Below are positions 18,600-29,617 of a DNA stretch of 64,000 nt, piece after piece. The notes below the pieces were generated by a model, which saw only the letters and a list, made by a program, of their open reading frames with translations, had not been told where the DNA came from and made no database searches. The first letter of the stretch is position 1. Every line of letters begins with the position of its first letter. Origin of the DNA: a bacterium. Its GTDB lineage: Bacteria; Lernaellota; Lernaellaia; Lernaellales; Lernaellaceae. Position numbers and translations under genes: made by a program. The stretch covers positions 832 to 64,831 of the forward strand of contig DAIMDW010000026.1 of the NCBI GenBank assembly GCA_036725605.1, given 5' to 3'.

Positions 18600-18990
18600 C
18601 TGGTCCTAAAAAATCGGGGACATGATTTCATCGTGTCCCCGTATTTTCTGGCCCGCCTGCGCTCAAGCTGCGGTGGGACAGGCCCGCCTGCGCGGGCATG
18701 ACGGCAATTCTGTCATCTCGACCGGAGCAAAGCGGAGTGGCAATGTCCGCCAAAGCTTTTTGCGACGGCGGACCTGTCCGCCATAGCCTTGGCGACGGCG
18801 GACCTGTCCGCCATAGCCTTGGCGACGGCGGAAGAGATCCCTTTGTCTGGTCATCCCGCGCCCCAAGAGACTGTCGATAAATGCGTCGACAGGCGACAAA
18901 CAGCCCCGTCAGGGGCGACAGAGGGTAGCCCGGTGCGTGAGCGCCGGGCAAAAACGCCCTAATTTCCCCCAAATCCCGCAGGAGCAACAG
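18600..18990. repeat. Intergenic repeat cluster: second copy of the about-150-bp element, with an internal 30-bp tandem duplication.
   Basis: Hairpin cggggacatgatttcatcgtgtccccg, the block tgtcatctcgaccggagc...ggcggaagagatccctttg matching 1455–1600, and gtccgccatagccttggcgacggcggacct repeated twice at about 18771–18838. Confidence 0.7.
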
Positions 18991-19104
18991 ACGCTTTCAT
19001 TTTCCAAACGAGAAAATCGACAGTCTCCCCCGACGCGGGATCTGGCCGCAATAAGCACCCGCTTCCGCGCGGCCCTAGCCGCTGGCCGAGGCTTCACACA
19101 ATGA

Positions 19105-19185
19105 ATGAAACATAGGTCCAGGAATTATTCCTGCCAGGGATTCTCTCCAGCGACCATGTTCCCACGGAACAAGACCGCAGCTTTT
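19105..19185. repeat. Family-A palindromic repeat copy.
   Basis: ataggtccaggaattattcctgccagggattctc...catgttcccacggaacaagaccg is the reverse-complement match of 1230–1290. Confidence 0.65.
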
Positions 19186-19230
19186 ATCCCGCATTAGCGA
19201 AATTCCGTATTCCGCATTCGCCGTTTCGCA

Positions 19231-20466
19231 TTAGAAACATCCGCAGCCGGGCTCGTCGTCGTCGTCGCCATCGGTGTAGTCGTACGAATAGCCGGCGATG
19301 TATATGTTGTCCTCATCGTCGAGCACGGCGTCGGAAGCGAAGGCGCTATAGCCTTCGAACGGTTGATACGTCTCGTGCCACAGCAGTTCGCCGTCCGGGT
19401 TGAGCTTTAAAGCAAAGTAGCTGGTGTCGATGGGAATGGAACCGCTCGTTCGTCCCTCGTAACCGACGACAATTACGTTGTCATCGCTGTCGACAAGCAA
19501 TCTTTTTAAATTGATGTAATCTCGTTCATACCATTTTTCCCACAACATGTTTCCATTAGGATCGAGCTTGAACACCGCAATTGCGGAGTCGCCTTGAGAG
19601 GGGCCGACAATACGTCCCACACCAAGAACATTATTCTCGCTGTCCACTGATATCGACATAACCTCGAGGGAATCGAATTCATAGCTCCATATCAACGTAC
19701 CATCCGCTGAATATTTTTTTATATCGTACCAGGCAAAAATGAGATCATCGTTGAGGTCAATGATTTGAAGGTCAAAATTGAAAAAATCAACCGTAACATA
19801 CGACAATCTTTCCCCTTCCAAACTATGGAAAGCAATAAACAACATATCCTTAGTAATGTCTTCTTCGACAGACTCGGTCACGCCGACAATAAGAACCTGA
19901 TCATTTTTTATCTGCATTGAATACGCCATGATCGGCATATCGTTTTCTTCGGTAAACGACTTTTTCCACTGCAAGTCTCCCGAATCTGAATATTTGTAAA
20001 TTGTGTAATTATAGATAAACTCTCTCTCGCTTCGTATGTGACCGATCAGATAAATATTGTCGTCCGAATCGACTTGCACATCATAAAGATAATATTTTTC
20101 ATATTTTTTCACCCATCGATGCCCGTTGTCTTCGCTTCGACTTTCGATGAATTGTATCTCATTATAATAATTTATATAATAATAGTTACCTTCCGCGTCT
20201 GTTTTTAAATTGAACGCCGTAAAATCATCATGCCAGCGTTCGTTTCCGGACAGGTCGTATTGAGTAAGCATTCCGCCTTCGACAAGATATAAGTGACCTA
20301 GTTTGTCGATAATCAAGCTTGAATCCAAGCTACCGGAATTGTGATCGATATCCGAATTTTCCCATAATATTTCGCCGAATTCTGAATATTTCAGAACTAC
20401 TTTGCTATAGGCAAGGGACACCGTCGGCACCAGCAAAAGACAAATGAAAATCAACCATTTTTTCAT
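19231..20466 (-). CDS. Secreted repeat protein with a PQQ/BamB-like beta-propeller, encoded in an AT-rich island.
   Basis: Signal peptide MKKWLIFICLLLVPTVSLA. At least 5 repeats of the D/N-G-x-L-W motif (YDLSGNERW, YSDSGDLQW, YSADGTLIW, LDPNGNMLW, LNPDGELLW). Acidic C-terminus ending DDDDEPGCGCF. Very AT-rich relative to the flanks. Confidence 0.7.
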   Translation of the reverse strand: MKKWLIFICLLLVPTVSLAYSKVVLKYSEFGEILWENSDIDHNSGSLDSSLIIDKLGHLYLVEGGMLTQYDLSGNERWHDDFTAFNLKTDAEGNYYYINYYNEIQFIESRSEDNGHRWVKKYEKYYLYDVQVDSDDNIYLIGHIRSEREFIYNYTIYKYSDSGDLQWKKSFTEENDMPIMAYSMQIKNDQVLIVGVTESVEEDITKDMLFIAFHSLEGERLSYVTVDFFNFDLQIIDLNDDLIFAWYDIKKYSADGTLIWSYEFDSLEVMSISVDSENNVLGVGRIVGPSQGDSAIAVFKLDPNGNMLWEKWYERDYINLKRLLVDSDDNVIVVGYEGRTSGSIPIDTSYFALKLNPDGELLWHETYQPFEGYSAFASDAVLDDEDNIYIAGYSYDYTDGDDDDEPGCGCF

Positions 20467-20699
20467 TTTGGTTTCCTACTTTTCATTGAAAATGAGGAAC
20501 AGTCTATTTCACAAACCAACAGAAAAAGTACGGCCAAGGCGCCGGTAACCGAAATGCGGATCATTTCATCCTCCAATGCGGGCGAAGCGGCGCGAGGCTT
20601 CAGCTTCGCGCGATTATTCTACGGGAATAAAATTGAAATGTACATGCTGAAAAACACTGACAAGCCGCACTGCGTTCGGCGTGCCAGCGCCACCCGGCA

Positions 20700-20945
20700 G
20701 GTTATTTGTAGGGGCAACTCCCCGTGGTTGCCCCGGCCTGGGTTGCCCTGGCCTGGGTAGGCACGGGGACCTACCCCTACGATGGTTGCCCTGCCGCTGG
20801 GTAGGCACGGGGACCTACCCCTACAATGGTTGCCCTGGCCAGGATTGCCCTGGCCTGGGTAGGCACGGGGACCTGCCCCTACAATGGTTGCCCCGGCCTG
20901 GATTGCCCTAGCCTGGGTAGGCACGGGGACCTACCCCTACGGCTG
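20700..20945. repeat. Tandem minisatellite, about 4.5 copies of a 44–58-bp unit.
   Basis: The unit gtaggcacggggacctacccctacaatggttgccc(t/c)ggcc(a/t)ggattgccct(g/a)gcctgg repeats head-to-tail with a 15-bp indel between copies. Confidence 0.8.
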
Positions 20946-20975
20946 GCAATGCACTCGAACGCCGGCACTATTGGC

Positions 20976-21160
20976 GTGGGACACTTTTCGCGAAGCGTCC
21001 CACCGTCGATTTTTGCAACATATTGATATCATTGATAAAACATAAAAAATAAGCGTGGGACAAAGTGTCCCATTTGTCCCACTTGGGGCTCCAAAACGTA
21101 CCTGAAAATGCGGGGACACGAAGGAATCACGTCCCCGATTTTCGGAGAAACCGGGACACG
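20976..21160. repeat. Hairpin repeats with a GGGACA core.
   Basis: gtgggacacttttcgcgaagcgtcccac, gtgggacaaagtgtcccatttgtcccac, and gcggggacacgaaggaatcacgtccccg, the last being the same family as 9945 and 26155. Confidence 0.6.
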
Positions 21161-21163
21161 CGT

Positions 21164-24100
21164 TTATTGTTTGCTTACGCCGGGCGCCATCGGCCCGGTC
21201 GCGCCGTCGAGGGTGCGACGGACCATCTTGGCCAGGTCGCCGGGCGAATAGGGCTTGCTGATGAACCGCACGCCTTCGTCGATTACCCCGTGGTGCACGA
21301 TGATGTTTTCCGTGTACCCCGAGGTGAACAGCACCTTGGCTTCCGGATGAATCGTGCTCAGGCGTTCGGCCAATTGCCGGCCGTTCATCACCGGCATGAC
21401 CACGTCGGTGAGCAACAGATGTATCGGTTCATTGTATTGCTCGGCGAGCAACAACGCGTCGCCGCCGCTGTCGGCGTGCAAAACCTTGTAGCCGAGGCGC
21501 TTGAGCACCTTGATCGCCAGGTTGCGCACGATCTCCTCATCCTCGACCAGCAGGATCGTCTCCTTGCCGCCCGGCATTTCGTTCGTCCGGCCGAACAACG
21601 CCGGTTTTTCGGCTTTCTCCTCGACGCGCGGCAGGTAGACCTTGAAGGTCGTGCCCTTGCCCTCTTCCGAATACACCTCGACGTTGCCGCCGGCCTGCTT
21701 GACCGCGCCGTAGATCGTCGCCAGGCCCAAACCGGTGCCCTTGCCCTTTTCCTTGGTGGTGAAGAACGGCTCGAACAGATGGGCTTTGACCTCTTCGCTC
21801 ATACCCGCGCCCGTGTCGCTGACCGCCAGCATCACGTATGCGCCCGGCGATGAATAAGAACGCAGACGGCAATACTCCTCATTCAACTCCACGTTGGCCG
21901 TTTCGACGATCAGTTTGCCGCCGTTGGGCATCGCGTCGCGCGCGTTGACCGCCAGGTTGACCAGAATCTGCTCGAACTGCCCCTGGTCGATTTTGACCAC
22001 GCCCAGGTCCTCGCCCGCCAGGGTCTGCAGCTGGATGTCCTCGCCGATCAGCCGCACCAGCATTTTGTGCATCGCTTCGATGAGTTCGTTCAGATCCAGC
22101 ACCTTGGGCTCGATGATCTGCTTGCGCGAAAAAGCCAGCAACTGGCGGGTCAACGCGGTCGCGCTATCGGCCGCTTTGCGGATTTCCTCCAGCGTTTCGG
22201 TCAGCGGGTCGCTCTTTTTCAGGTCCAGCAACGCCAGTTGCAGATTGCCGCTGATGCCCGTCAGCAGGTTGTTGAAGTCGTGCGCCACGCCGCCGGCCAA
22301 ACGCCCCACCGCTTCCATCTTCATCGCCTGCTGGAGTTGCTCCTGCAGTTTGCGCTGCTCCTGTTCGGCATGAACGCGATCGGTCATGTCGCGGATGTTC
22401 AGCACGATGCCCCGCACGGCCGGATCGTGCAGCAGGTTGCTGCCGACCGCCTCCAGGTGCACCCAATGCCCGTTTTTATGTCGATAACGATATTCGGCTT
22501 TGCGCAACACGCCCGGATGCTGCAATCCCTCGTTGAAGACCTCCATCACGTGGGGCAGATCGTCCGGATGGATGCCGTCAAAGGCCTGTAAATTTATCAG
22601 CTCTTCGACCTGATAGCCGAGGATGCGCGACACTTGGTCACTGAGATAGGACGGGGACCCGTTCTCGTCCACGATCTCGACGATGTCGTTGGAGTTTTGC
22701 ACCAGCAACTGGTAGCGCTTTTCTTTTTCGCGCAGCACCGCTTCGACCTGCTTGCGGTCGGATATGTTGCGGTCGAAGGCGATGGCGAAAAACTGATCGT
22801 CGAAGCTGAAATAGTTGGTGTTCACTTCGACGGGAAAGACGGTGCCGTCCTTTTTTACATGGCGCGACTCGAAGCTCAAGAAACCCTTTTCGCGCATCTG
22901 CCGTTTGTGTTCGTCCCACTGATCTTCATTGAAATCGGGATCGATATCGAAGACCTTCAATCTCAGCAATTCTTCACGCGTGTATCCCAGCGATCCGCAG
23001 GCCGAATCGTTCGCGTAGACGATATTGCCTTCGCTGTCGATCCACATAATGCTGTCTTTGGCGTGGTCCATGGCGAACTGCGTGCGCCGCATGGCTTCTT
23101 CCGCCCGCTGCCGTTCGGTAACGTCGCGGATCAATCCCAAGGTGCCGACGATCCGGTCGCCCTTGGTCACGATCGAGGCGGTCACTTCGCCCGGGAAAAA
23201 GGCGCCGTCCTTGCGTTTCATCGTGTACAGCGCGTTAAACACCCGCTCGCCGGAGCCGATGATTTGCGCGAACAACCGCATGGCGGACGGGACTTGATCG
23301 GCCGGTAGATAGTCGGTGAAGACCGTACCGACCATCTCGGACGGTTCATAACCAAAAACGGTTTTCGATGCGGGTGAGATGTAATCGATCGATCCTTCAT
23401 CGTTGGTGATGAACAGGACATCGAGCAGGCTTTCGGCCATGCCGCGAAATTTCTCTTCGCTCTCGCGCAGCTTTTCCTCGCCCAACAAACGCTTGGTTAC
23501 GTCGAGAAACTTTACCGTGACGCGCCCCGGCGACGCCTGGAAGGCATAGACGTCATACGCACCGTGAATTTTTTCGTACTTATAATTCACCTGCGAATTG
23601 ACCCAATAACCGCCGTTGCGGGCGATCTCCTTGTAGCGGTCGGGAACCTCGGTTTGCACCAACGGGGGAAACGCTTCCTCGATCGTCTTGCCGATGAACT
23701 GACCGTGATCGACGCCCAGAATCCGGTTTGCGGCCGGATTGGCGCCGGAGAAAATCAATCGGCCGTCCTCTTCCAACCGATACATGTGAATGCCCATCGG
23801 CGAGGATTCGATGATGCTGCGGTATTTTCGCTCGGACAATTCCAACTCGTGATGGATGGCCTTGGACTGGCTGATGTCGCGCGCGAAGGAAATCACCGCC
23901 TGCACCCGGCCCGCGGCGTCGAATTCCGGCGTCAGCAACCGGTCGATCCATCGGCCGTCGGGCAACAATATTTCCCGGCGATGATTTTGCCCCTCCCGGA
24001 AAACCTGCCGGATCGCCTGTTCCAATTCTTCGCTGATATCGGCATCCAGACCGGCTTCGGCGAACGTCTTGCCGATGAATTGACCGGGCGGAACGCCGGT

Positions 24101-25435
24101 CTGTTTTTCGATCACCTGGTTGATGAAAAGCACGCGGCAATCCGCGTCGAAACGGATGATGGTATCCACGCTGTTTTCGGCCAACGCGCGAAACGTCTCC
24201 TCCCGCTCGCGCAACGCGTCTTCCATCAGCTTACGATCGTGAATGTCCGTGTGCGTGCCGATCATCCGCACCGGCCGGCCGTTTTCGTCACGCTCGACGA
24301 TCCGGCCGCGGGCCAATATCCATTTCCAATCGCCCGCTTTGGTCCGCACACGAAAATCGACCATGTAATTGGGGCTTCGTTGTTCGAGGTAATCGTTCAA
24401 CGCCCGCTCGGCCCGCTCCCGATCCTCCGGATGCAGCAGGTTTCGCCATGCTTTATACGAAGGGGAAAATTCATCGGGCTCGTAGCCGATCATGGTGAAA
24501 TACAAGGGATTGAAGTACACGTCTTCGGTTACGAAATTCCAATCCCACACTGCATCGTTAACCGCCGACAACGCCAACGCCAGGCGTTCTTCGCTACGCC
24601 GGACGGCCTCTTGCGCCTGATGACGGTCGGTGACGTCGCGGATCACGCTGATGAAACCGCGCGGCGTACCGTCGGCGTAGCGCAACAACGAAGAATGCGC
24701 TTCGATCATCGCCGTGTCGCCGTTTTTCAAACGGACGCGATACTGCGTATTTTGCGAATGTCCCGTTTCCAACGTGAATTTAAAGTTGGCGAAGGCTTTC
24801 TCGCGATCTTCTTCCGACAGCAAATCGCCGATGTTTTTTACCTCGGCGTACAATTGTTCGAACGTTTCCACGCCGTAAAACTTCAACGCCTGCCGGCTCA
24901 GCGACAGAAAATTGCCCTGCAGGTCATACACGATGACCGGGTCGGGCAAGGTCTCGATCAACGTGCGGTACCATTCCTCGCTTTCCTGCAGCGATTTTTC
25001 CGCCTGCTTTTGTTCGGTAACGTCGCGGGCGAGGCCCAAATTGATCCCCTTGGCCGGAATCGGACGCACCATCCAGCTCAGAATGCGATAACCGCCCTGC
25101 TTCGTGCGAATACGGTTTTCGAATTGGACGATATTCTTGCCGCTATGAAGCTGCTCCTCGACGATCTTGCGGGTTCTGGGCAGATCGTCTGGATGTACCA
25201 ATTCCAAAATTGGCCGGTCGAGCATTTCCATTTCGGAAAAACCCAGAGCATTCTGAAATGCCGGATTCATGGTCAACAACTTGTCGGTTTTGAATTCGGT
25301 GATGCAAATCATATCCAGCGACATATTGAAAATCGTCGCCGTGTTCTGTTCGACCTGTTCCAGTCTGGCGATTCTTTTCTGCGCGTCCTGTAATTCCCGC
25401 TGCAGTAATTCTTCGGTCTTACTTTTTTTGGACAT
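21164..25435 (-). CDS. Multi-PAS hybrid sensor histidine kinase with a C-terminal receiver domain.
   Basis: Multiple PAS/PAC modules, an HisKA H-box ([20 protein letters not shown]), HATPase_c ([18 protein letters not shown]) and REC ([12 protein letters not shown]...LLLTDVVMP). The start was taken at MSKKSK. Confidence 0.9.
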   Translation of the reverse strand: MSKKSKTEELLQRELQDAQKRIARLEQVEQNTATIFNMSLDMICITEFKTDKLLTMNPAFQNALGFSEMEMLDRPILELVHPDDLPRTRKIVEEQLHSGKNIVQFENRIRTKQGGYRILSWMVRPIPAKGINLGLARDVTEQKQAEKSLQESEEWYRTLIETLPDPVIVYDLQGNFLSLSRQALKFYGVETFEQLYAEVKNIGDLLSEEDREKAFANFKFTLETGHSQNTQYRVRLKNGDTAMIEAHSSLLRYADGTPRGFISVIRDVTDRHQAQEAVRRSEERLALALSAVNDAVWDWNFVTEDVYFNPLYFTMIGYEPDEFSPSYKAWRNLLHPEDRERAERALNDYLEQRSPNYMVDFRVRTKAGDWKWILARGRIVERDENGRPVRMIGTHTDIHDRKLMEDALREREETFRALAENSVDTIIRFDADCRVLFINQVIEKQTGVPPGQFIGKTFAEAGLDADISEELEQAIRQVFREGQNHRREILLPDGRWIDRLLTPEFDAAGRVQAVISFARDISQSKAIHHELELSERKYRSIIESSPMGIHMYRLEEDGRLIFSGANPAANRILGVDHGQFIGKTIEEAFPPLVQTEVPDRYKEIARNGGYWVNSQVNYKYEKIHGAYDVYAFQASPGRVTVKFLDVTKRLLGEEKLRESEEKFRGMAESLLDVLFITNDEGSIDYISPASKTVFGYEPSEMVGTVFTDYLPADQVPSAMRLFAQIIGSGERVFNALYTMKRKDGAFFPGEVTASIVTKGDRIVGTLGLIRDVTERQRAEEAMRRTQFAMDHAKDSIMWIDSEGNIVYANDSACGSLGYTREELLRLKVFDIDPDFNEDQWDEHKRQMREKGFLSFESRHVKKDGTVFPVEVNTNYFSFDDQFFAIAFDRNISDRKQVEAVLREKEKRYQLLVQNSNDIVEIVDENGSPSYLSDQVSRILGYQVEELINLQAFDGIHPDDLPHVMEVFNEGLQHPGVLRKAEYRYRHKNGHWVHLEAVGSNLLHDPAVRGIVLNIRDMTDRVHAEQEQRKLQEQLQQAMKMEAVGRLAGGVAHDFNNLLTGISGNLQLALLDLKKSDPLTETLEEIRKAADSATALTRQLLAFSRKQIIEPKVLDLNELIEAMHKMLVRLIGEDIQLQTLAGEDLGVVKIDQGQFEQILVNLAVNARDAMPNGGKLIVETANVELNEEYCRLRSYSSPGAYVMLAVSDTGAGMSEEVKAHLFEPFFTTKEKGKGTGLGLATIYGAVKQAGGNVEVYSEEGKGTTFKVYLPRVEEKAEKPALFGRTNEMPGGKETILLVEDEEIVRNLAIKVLKRLGYKVLHADSGGDALLLAEQYNEPIHLLLTDVVMPVMNGRQLAERLSTIHPEAKVLFTSGYTENIIVHHGVIDEGVRFISKPYSPGDLAKMVRRTLDGATGPMAPGVSKQ

Positions 25436-25811
25436 GCCTCCCCCATACATGGCGAAAATGGGAAGGATACTGTATTTTCAATCAAACGTCGCTTATTTCA
25501 CGAATCTCAATTTCGTGGACCAAAAATCGCTTCTGAGGCCTATTCGTATCGATTGCGTTCTCCAACCGAAAAAATCCTCACATTTATTAGTATAATCAAC
25601 CGCATCCGCCGATACAAGCAGCGAACCATTTAACGCATAAGGATATTTCGCCCGCTTTTTAGATATTATTTAATTTGTAAATATTATTTATTTGTAACGC
25701 AGAACTCCGTCGCCCAACCAATTGTAATGACAACTTCTTCCAGTTGAAAATGGAAGTTTTCAAATAAAACGAAAAGGCGCTTTTCTGACGCCATGTTTTT
25801 ATCCCAAGGCA

Positions 25812-25945
25812 TTTCGGAGGCACGTTCCTGCAACGTGTCCCCGCAAATTCGGGTGGCGAGGGGCTATGGTGGGGTTGCTGCGAATTTCGGGGGCATGTTC
25901 TCGCAATGTGTCCCCGCAAATTCGGGGGTTGCCCTGAATTGGCGG
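25812..25945. repeat. Direct repeat of about 60 bp, two copies.
   Basis: gcacgttcctgcaacgtgtccccgcaaattcggg and gcatgttctcgcaatgtgtccccgcaaattcggggg. Each contains the small hairpin cccgcaaattcggg. Confidence 0.6.
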
Positions 25946-26149
25946 GGTGCCCGTCTCAAGCCAGGGCCGCCAACGCTTTCCCCCGCCAGCTATCATATTC
26001 GGTTATTTTCTGAAATAATAGTATATTATTGCCTCATATAAATACCGCAACCGATGACTGTCGCTCAACAATCGGCACGGCTCGCAAATTCGCCAATGAA
26101 ATGCCGTCGAAATAACATCCTGACCGTACCGTAACGCGAACAAAGGGAA

Positions 26150-26466
26150 AAATGCCGGGGCGCGAAGGAATCAACTCCCCGCTTTCTCCGCAAAAATCAC
26201 GAGACACGCAGCAAGTGCATGTCCCGGAGTTTTCGCGAACCGTATCGATCGAGTACATGCCCTCATGTGGCCCGGCCGCCGGCCGAGGGCACACATAATA
26301 AAGGCAAAACATCGGTCCTGGGATTATCCCCGGCACCTTTGGCGGATAGCCAAAGGTGTGGCACACGGAAGAATCCTCGCGCGCGCGGCTCAGCCGCCGG
26401 CCGAAGCTCCACAAAATGAGGGCAAATCATAGGTCCAGGGATTATCCCTGGCAGGAATTATTCCTG
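26150..26466. repeat. Repeat cluster: one hairpin-family copy and three family-A palindromes.
   Basis: gccggggcgcgaaggaatcaactccccgc, then catcggtcctgggattatccccgg, and cataggtccagggattatccctggcaggaattattcctgg. Confidence 0.7.
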
Positions 26467-26467
26467 G

Positions 26468-27013
26468 TTAGCGGCCCATGCCGCGGCCACCGCGACCGCC
26501 GACGCCGTGCCGCCGTTGGTGGATGTCGTTGATCATCCGCCCGACCTCGTCGCGGAAACGCTGGTCGAAGATCAAAAAGCGCGCGTACTGCTCGGGGGTG
26601 AGGATCTTCTTGAGCTCCTTGAATTGCTCGGTGCGGATGCGCATCGACTCGCGTTCGAGCGCCAGGGTGTCGTCGACCGCCTTGGTCAGCACTGCCTTAT
26701 CGGGCTCTTTCTTTTTCAGTTCGAGGAACATCGTCCGCTGCAGCTCTTCTTTTTTCTCGCTGATGGTGCGGTACTGATGGTCGTATCGCTGCAGGATGGG
26801 GAACAGGCGCGAAGCGGCCTCCTCGTCCAGTTGCAGCGCTTCGGTCAGCTTGAACAAACGGTACATTTCGATGCGTTTCCACGCGTCGGCTCGCCCGGCG
26901 GTCGTGCCGGGGTCCTGTTCATCTTGGGGCGTCGGCGTCTCCTGCGCCCAGCCGGCGACGGCCAGGGTCAGCAGCAGGATCAGGGTCAACGCAACCAGTT
27001 TATCGATCCGCAT
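26468..27013 (-). CDS. Periplasmic Spy/CpxP-family (LTxxQ) protein.
   Basis: Signal peptide MRIDKLVALTLILLLTLAVAGWA, LTxxQ-type motifs (LTEALQLDEE; LTPEQYARF) and a Gly/Arg-rich tail. Third gene of the ECF module. Confidence 0.7.
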   Translation of the reverse strand: MRIDKLVALTLILLLTLAVAGWAQETPTPQDEQDPGTTAGRADAWKRIEMYRLFKLTEALQLDEEAASRLFPILQRYDHQYRTISEKKEELQRTMFLELKKKEPDKAVLTKAVDDTLALERESMRIRTEQFKELKKILTPEQYARFLIFDQRFRDEVGRMINDIHQRRHGVGGRGGRGMGR

Positions 27014-27035
27014 GGGTCATACCTCCCGGGCGCGG

Positions 27036-27698
27036 TTAGATCGGCATTTCGATGTTGACTTGCGCCAGACGATCGGCCAGTTCGGTCATTTCCGTTGCCG
27101 ACAGCGAGGCGAAGGACGGTTCGACCGTCAGCGGCCCCAGGCCGGCCATGGCCGAGTCGACGTCCTCGGGCATCATCGCCTCGGTGATCTGCGTTTCGAA
27201 TTCGGCAACCTGTTCGTCGTCCAGCAACGCCACGGCCTCTTTCAACTGCGGATTCACCGTCACCGCCAGCGTCGGCGCCAGCGGCTTTTTGACCATCGAG
27301 ACGCCCGCGATGTCCATCTGCGGCGCGCGATCGGTGTTCAGATCCAACACCCCGCCACCGACCAGCGCCACCGCGGCGATCAACAACGCCGTGGCCGTCA
27401 CCGCCGCCGGCCGCAGCCACGCGCCGTTGAGGGCCTGCCACAGGCGCACCGTCCAGGGCACGTACTGGCGCTCGGCGACGATCTGCTTATGGATGCGTGA
27501 ATACAGCGTTTCGAAGTAGGCTTCGCCCGGATCGCGCGCCGGCCGCTTCACCGCGTCGAGCGCCTGGCGGATGCTTTCGGCCTCCGCCGCGCACTGGACG
27601 CAGGATTCCACGTGCTCGCGCACCTGCCGGGCTTCGTCGGCGTCCAGTTCGCCTTCAAGCCAATCGATAATCTTATCGGTCCATTCCTGGCAACTCAT
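27036..27698 (-). CDS. Anti-sigma factor, zinc-finger (zf-HC2) type with one TM helix.
   Basis: N-terminal C..H..C..C pattern (MSCQEW...HVESCVQC), a single TM segment (AAVTATALLIAAVALVGGGV) and a periplasmic tail. It overlaps the sigma gene stop. Confidence 0.75.
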   Translation of the reverse strand: MSCQEWTDKIIDWLEGELDADEARQVREHVESCVQCAAEAESIRQALDAVKRPARDPGEAYFETLYSRIHKQIVAERQYVPWTVRLWQALNGAWLRPAAVTATALLIAAVALVGGGVLDLNTDRAPQMDIAGVSMVKKPLAPTLAVTVNPQLKEAVALLDDEQVAEFETQITEAMMPEDVDSAMAGLGPLTVEPSFASLSATEMTELADRLAQVNIEMPI

Positions 27699-28285
27699 GC
27701 GTGGCTCTCCCCAAAGTCGGCCAGCAGCCCTTTAAGGGCTTTGACTGCGTAATGGTAATTCACTTTCGCCGCCGAAGTCGAAATGCCCACGTCCTGGGCG
27801 ATTTCGGCGAAGCTCATGTCGCCGAAGGCGCGCATCTGCAGCACCTCGCGCTGGCGCGGCGGCAGTTGCTCCATCGCCTCTTCGACGATCCGCCGCCGTT
27901 GATCGGCTTCGATATCGGCCTCCACCGAACTTTCGACGGTGGCGTTCCAATCGGCCAGTTCCTCGCCCGCGTGCCGCGCACGGTCGCGGATGAGGTTCTT
28001 CGAGTAGTTCATGGCGATGCGAAAGATCCAGGTTTTCAAGCTCGACCGCCCTTCGAAGCGGCCCAGGTTTTTATAGACGCTGATGAAGGTTTTCTGAACG
28101 ATTTCATCGGCGTCCTCGTGCCCGCCCACGACCTTGAGGGCCAGAAAATAGACCATTCGTTGGTATTTTTTGACCAGCACCTCGTAGGCGAACTCGTCCT
28201 TTTCTTCCACGAAACGCTTGACGAGCGTCTTATCGTCATCTTGCAGCGGCATTGTTTCGTTCAATTCCACTCCGTTGTCCGACAT
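27695..28285 (-). CDS. ECF-type RNA polymerase sigma factor (sigma-70 family, group 4).
   Basis: Region 2 (YEVLVKKYQRMVYFLALKVVG...VQKTFISVYKNLGRFEGRSSLKTWIFRIAMN) and region 4 HTH (REVLQMRAFGDMSFAEIAQDVGISTSAAKVNYHYAVKAL). Confidence 0.9.
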   Translation of the reverse strand: MSDNGVELNETMPLQDDDKTLVKRFVEEKDEFAYEVLVKKYQRMVYFLALKVVGGHEDADEIVQKTFISVYKNLGRFEGRSSLKTWIFRIAMNYSKNLIRDRARHAGEELADWNATVESSVEADIEADQRRRIVEEAMEQLPPRQREVLQMRAFGDMSFAEIAQDVGISTSAAKVNYHYAVKALKGLLADFGESHA

Positions 28286-28354
28286 CTAAGACACTCGGTT
28301 TTAAAAGGTGGTTCAAAGGGAAAGGATAGCAAAAAAGGACGACCGCGCAACGAC

Positions 28355-29599
28355 TTAATACATGAAGCAGCGCTGTCCGGTGAAGACCATGGCCATGTTG
28401 TGCTCGTTGGCGGCGCGAATGATCGCGTAATCGCCCGGATCGCCGCCGGGCTGCACGACGCCCACCACGCCCTCGGTGGCCGCTTCGTCGACCGCGTCGC
28501 GGTGCGGCAGCGCGCCGTCGGAGGCCATGACCGCGCCGATCAGCCCGCCCCGCAGCTCGGAGGCGTCCAGCCAGATCGACTCGCGCATGCCCGGATCGAC
28601 CATGTAATGGAACGGCGTTTTGAACCGCTCCCAGGCCAGGCGATCGGCCAGCTTGCGGTAGGCCTTGTCGCGCGTGGTTTCCACGGCGCTCAGGCGGTCC
28701 TGTCCGCCGATGCCGATGCCCACGGTCACGCCCGCCTTGACGAACAATACCGTGTTGCTGGTCACGCCGGTGGCGATTTTCCAGGCCAGCAGCATGTCGT
28801 TCCACTCTTCGGCGTTGGGTTGGCGGCGGCTGCTGATTTCCTTGCCCTGGGCGATGGCCGTGGCCGTGCGGCAGGCCTCGCGGGTGAGCGTCGCGGGCAC
28901 GAAGGACCACTGCGCGATCAGTCCGCCGTCGATTAACGAGGTGAAGTCGATCACCCGCCGACCGGCCCACAGCGAAAGCTTGTCCATGTTGCCGATGCGC
29001 AGCACGATCAGGTTCTTGTTTTCCGCCAGCAGGCCGGTCACGCCGGTTTCGTACTCGGGGGCGACGACCACCGCGGCGCCGCTTTCCAGAATCGCCTCGG
29101 CCGTGGTCGCGTCGACCGCGCGGTTGAGCGCGACGCAGCCGCCGACGGCCGCCAGGCGATCGGCCAGATAAGCGCGCGTGTAAGCGGTCGGCAGGTCGTC
29201 GCCGACGGCCACCGCCGACGGATTGGCGTGCTTGGTGATCGCGCAGGTCGGCTCGTCCATCAGATAACGCAGGATGTTCAACGCCGCGTCGGCGTCGACG
29301 ATCGAACCTTTGCTCGGATGCCGGCCCTGCTGCAGCAGTTCGGGCAGGCTGGCCAGATAATTGCCCGGCGCGATGGAACTCACCTCGCCGATGGCCAGGT
29401 TGCCGTTGATCAGGCGATACAGCGCCGCGTCCTGCCCCGGATTGTCGCCGTGGCGCAGCGTGCGTTCGTCGGGGCCGACGTCCCAGCCGACCAGCTCGTA
29501 CACCAGTTCGCGCTTGAGCCCGCCTTCATGGAAGGAAAGGGTCATCTGCCGCGGGAAGCGCTTCAACGGCTGCCGATTCGTGCTTTGTGAATCGCTCAT
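28355..29599 (-). CDS. purH: AICAR transformylase (AICARFT) domain protein. This is the PurH C-terminal domain without the MGS-like IMP cyclohydrolase domain.
   Basis: LRHGDNPGQDAALY, VTKHANPSAVAVG and SDGALPHRDAVDEAATEGVVGVVQPGGDPGD...MVFTGQRCFMY align with the PurH formyltransferase domain. There is no N-terminal IMPCH domain, and 414 aa is domain-sized. Confidence 0.75.
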   Translation of the reverse strand: MSDSQSTNRQPLKRFPRQMTLSFHEGGLKRELVYELVGWDVGPDERTLRHGDNPGQDAALYRLINGNLAIGEVSSIAPGNYLASLPELLQQGRHPSKGSIVDADAALNILRYLMDEPTCAITKHANPSAVAVGDDLPTAYTRAYLADRLAAVGGCVALNRAVDATTAEAILESGAAVVVAPEYETGVTGLLAENKNLIVLRIGNMDKLSLWAGRRVIDFTSLIDGGLIAQWSFVPATLTREACRTATAIAQGKEISSRRQPNAEEWNDMLLAWKIATGVTSNTVLFVKAGVTVGIGIGGQDRLSAVETTRDKAYRKLADRLAWERFKTPFHYMVDPGMRESIWLDASELRGGLIGAVMASDGALPHRDAVDEAATEGVVGVVQPGGDPGDYAIIRAANEHNMAMVFTGQRCFMY

Positions 29600-29617
29600 A
29601 AAAACCCCAATGCCCCG

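Noticed and set aside
20700-20945. Possible CRISPR array (repeated about-35-bp core gtaggcacggggacctacccctacaatggttgccc).
   Set aside because: The would-be spacers are only 9–23 bp and are near-identical to each other (ggattgccctggcctgg variants). The structure is a head-to-tail minisatellite with indels. There are no unique spacers and no cas genes.
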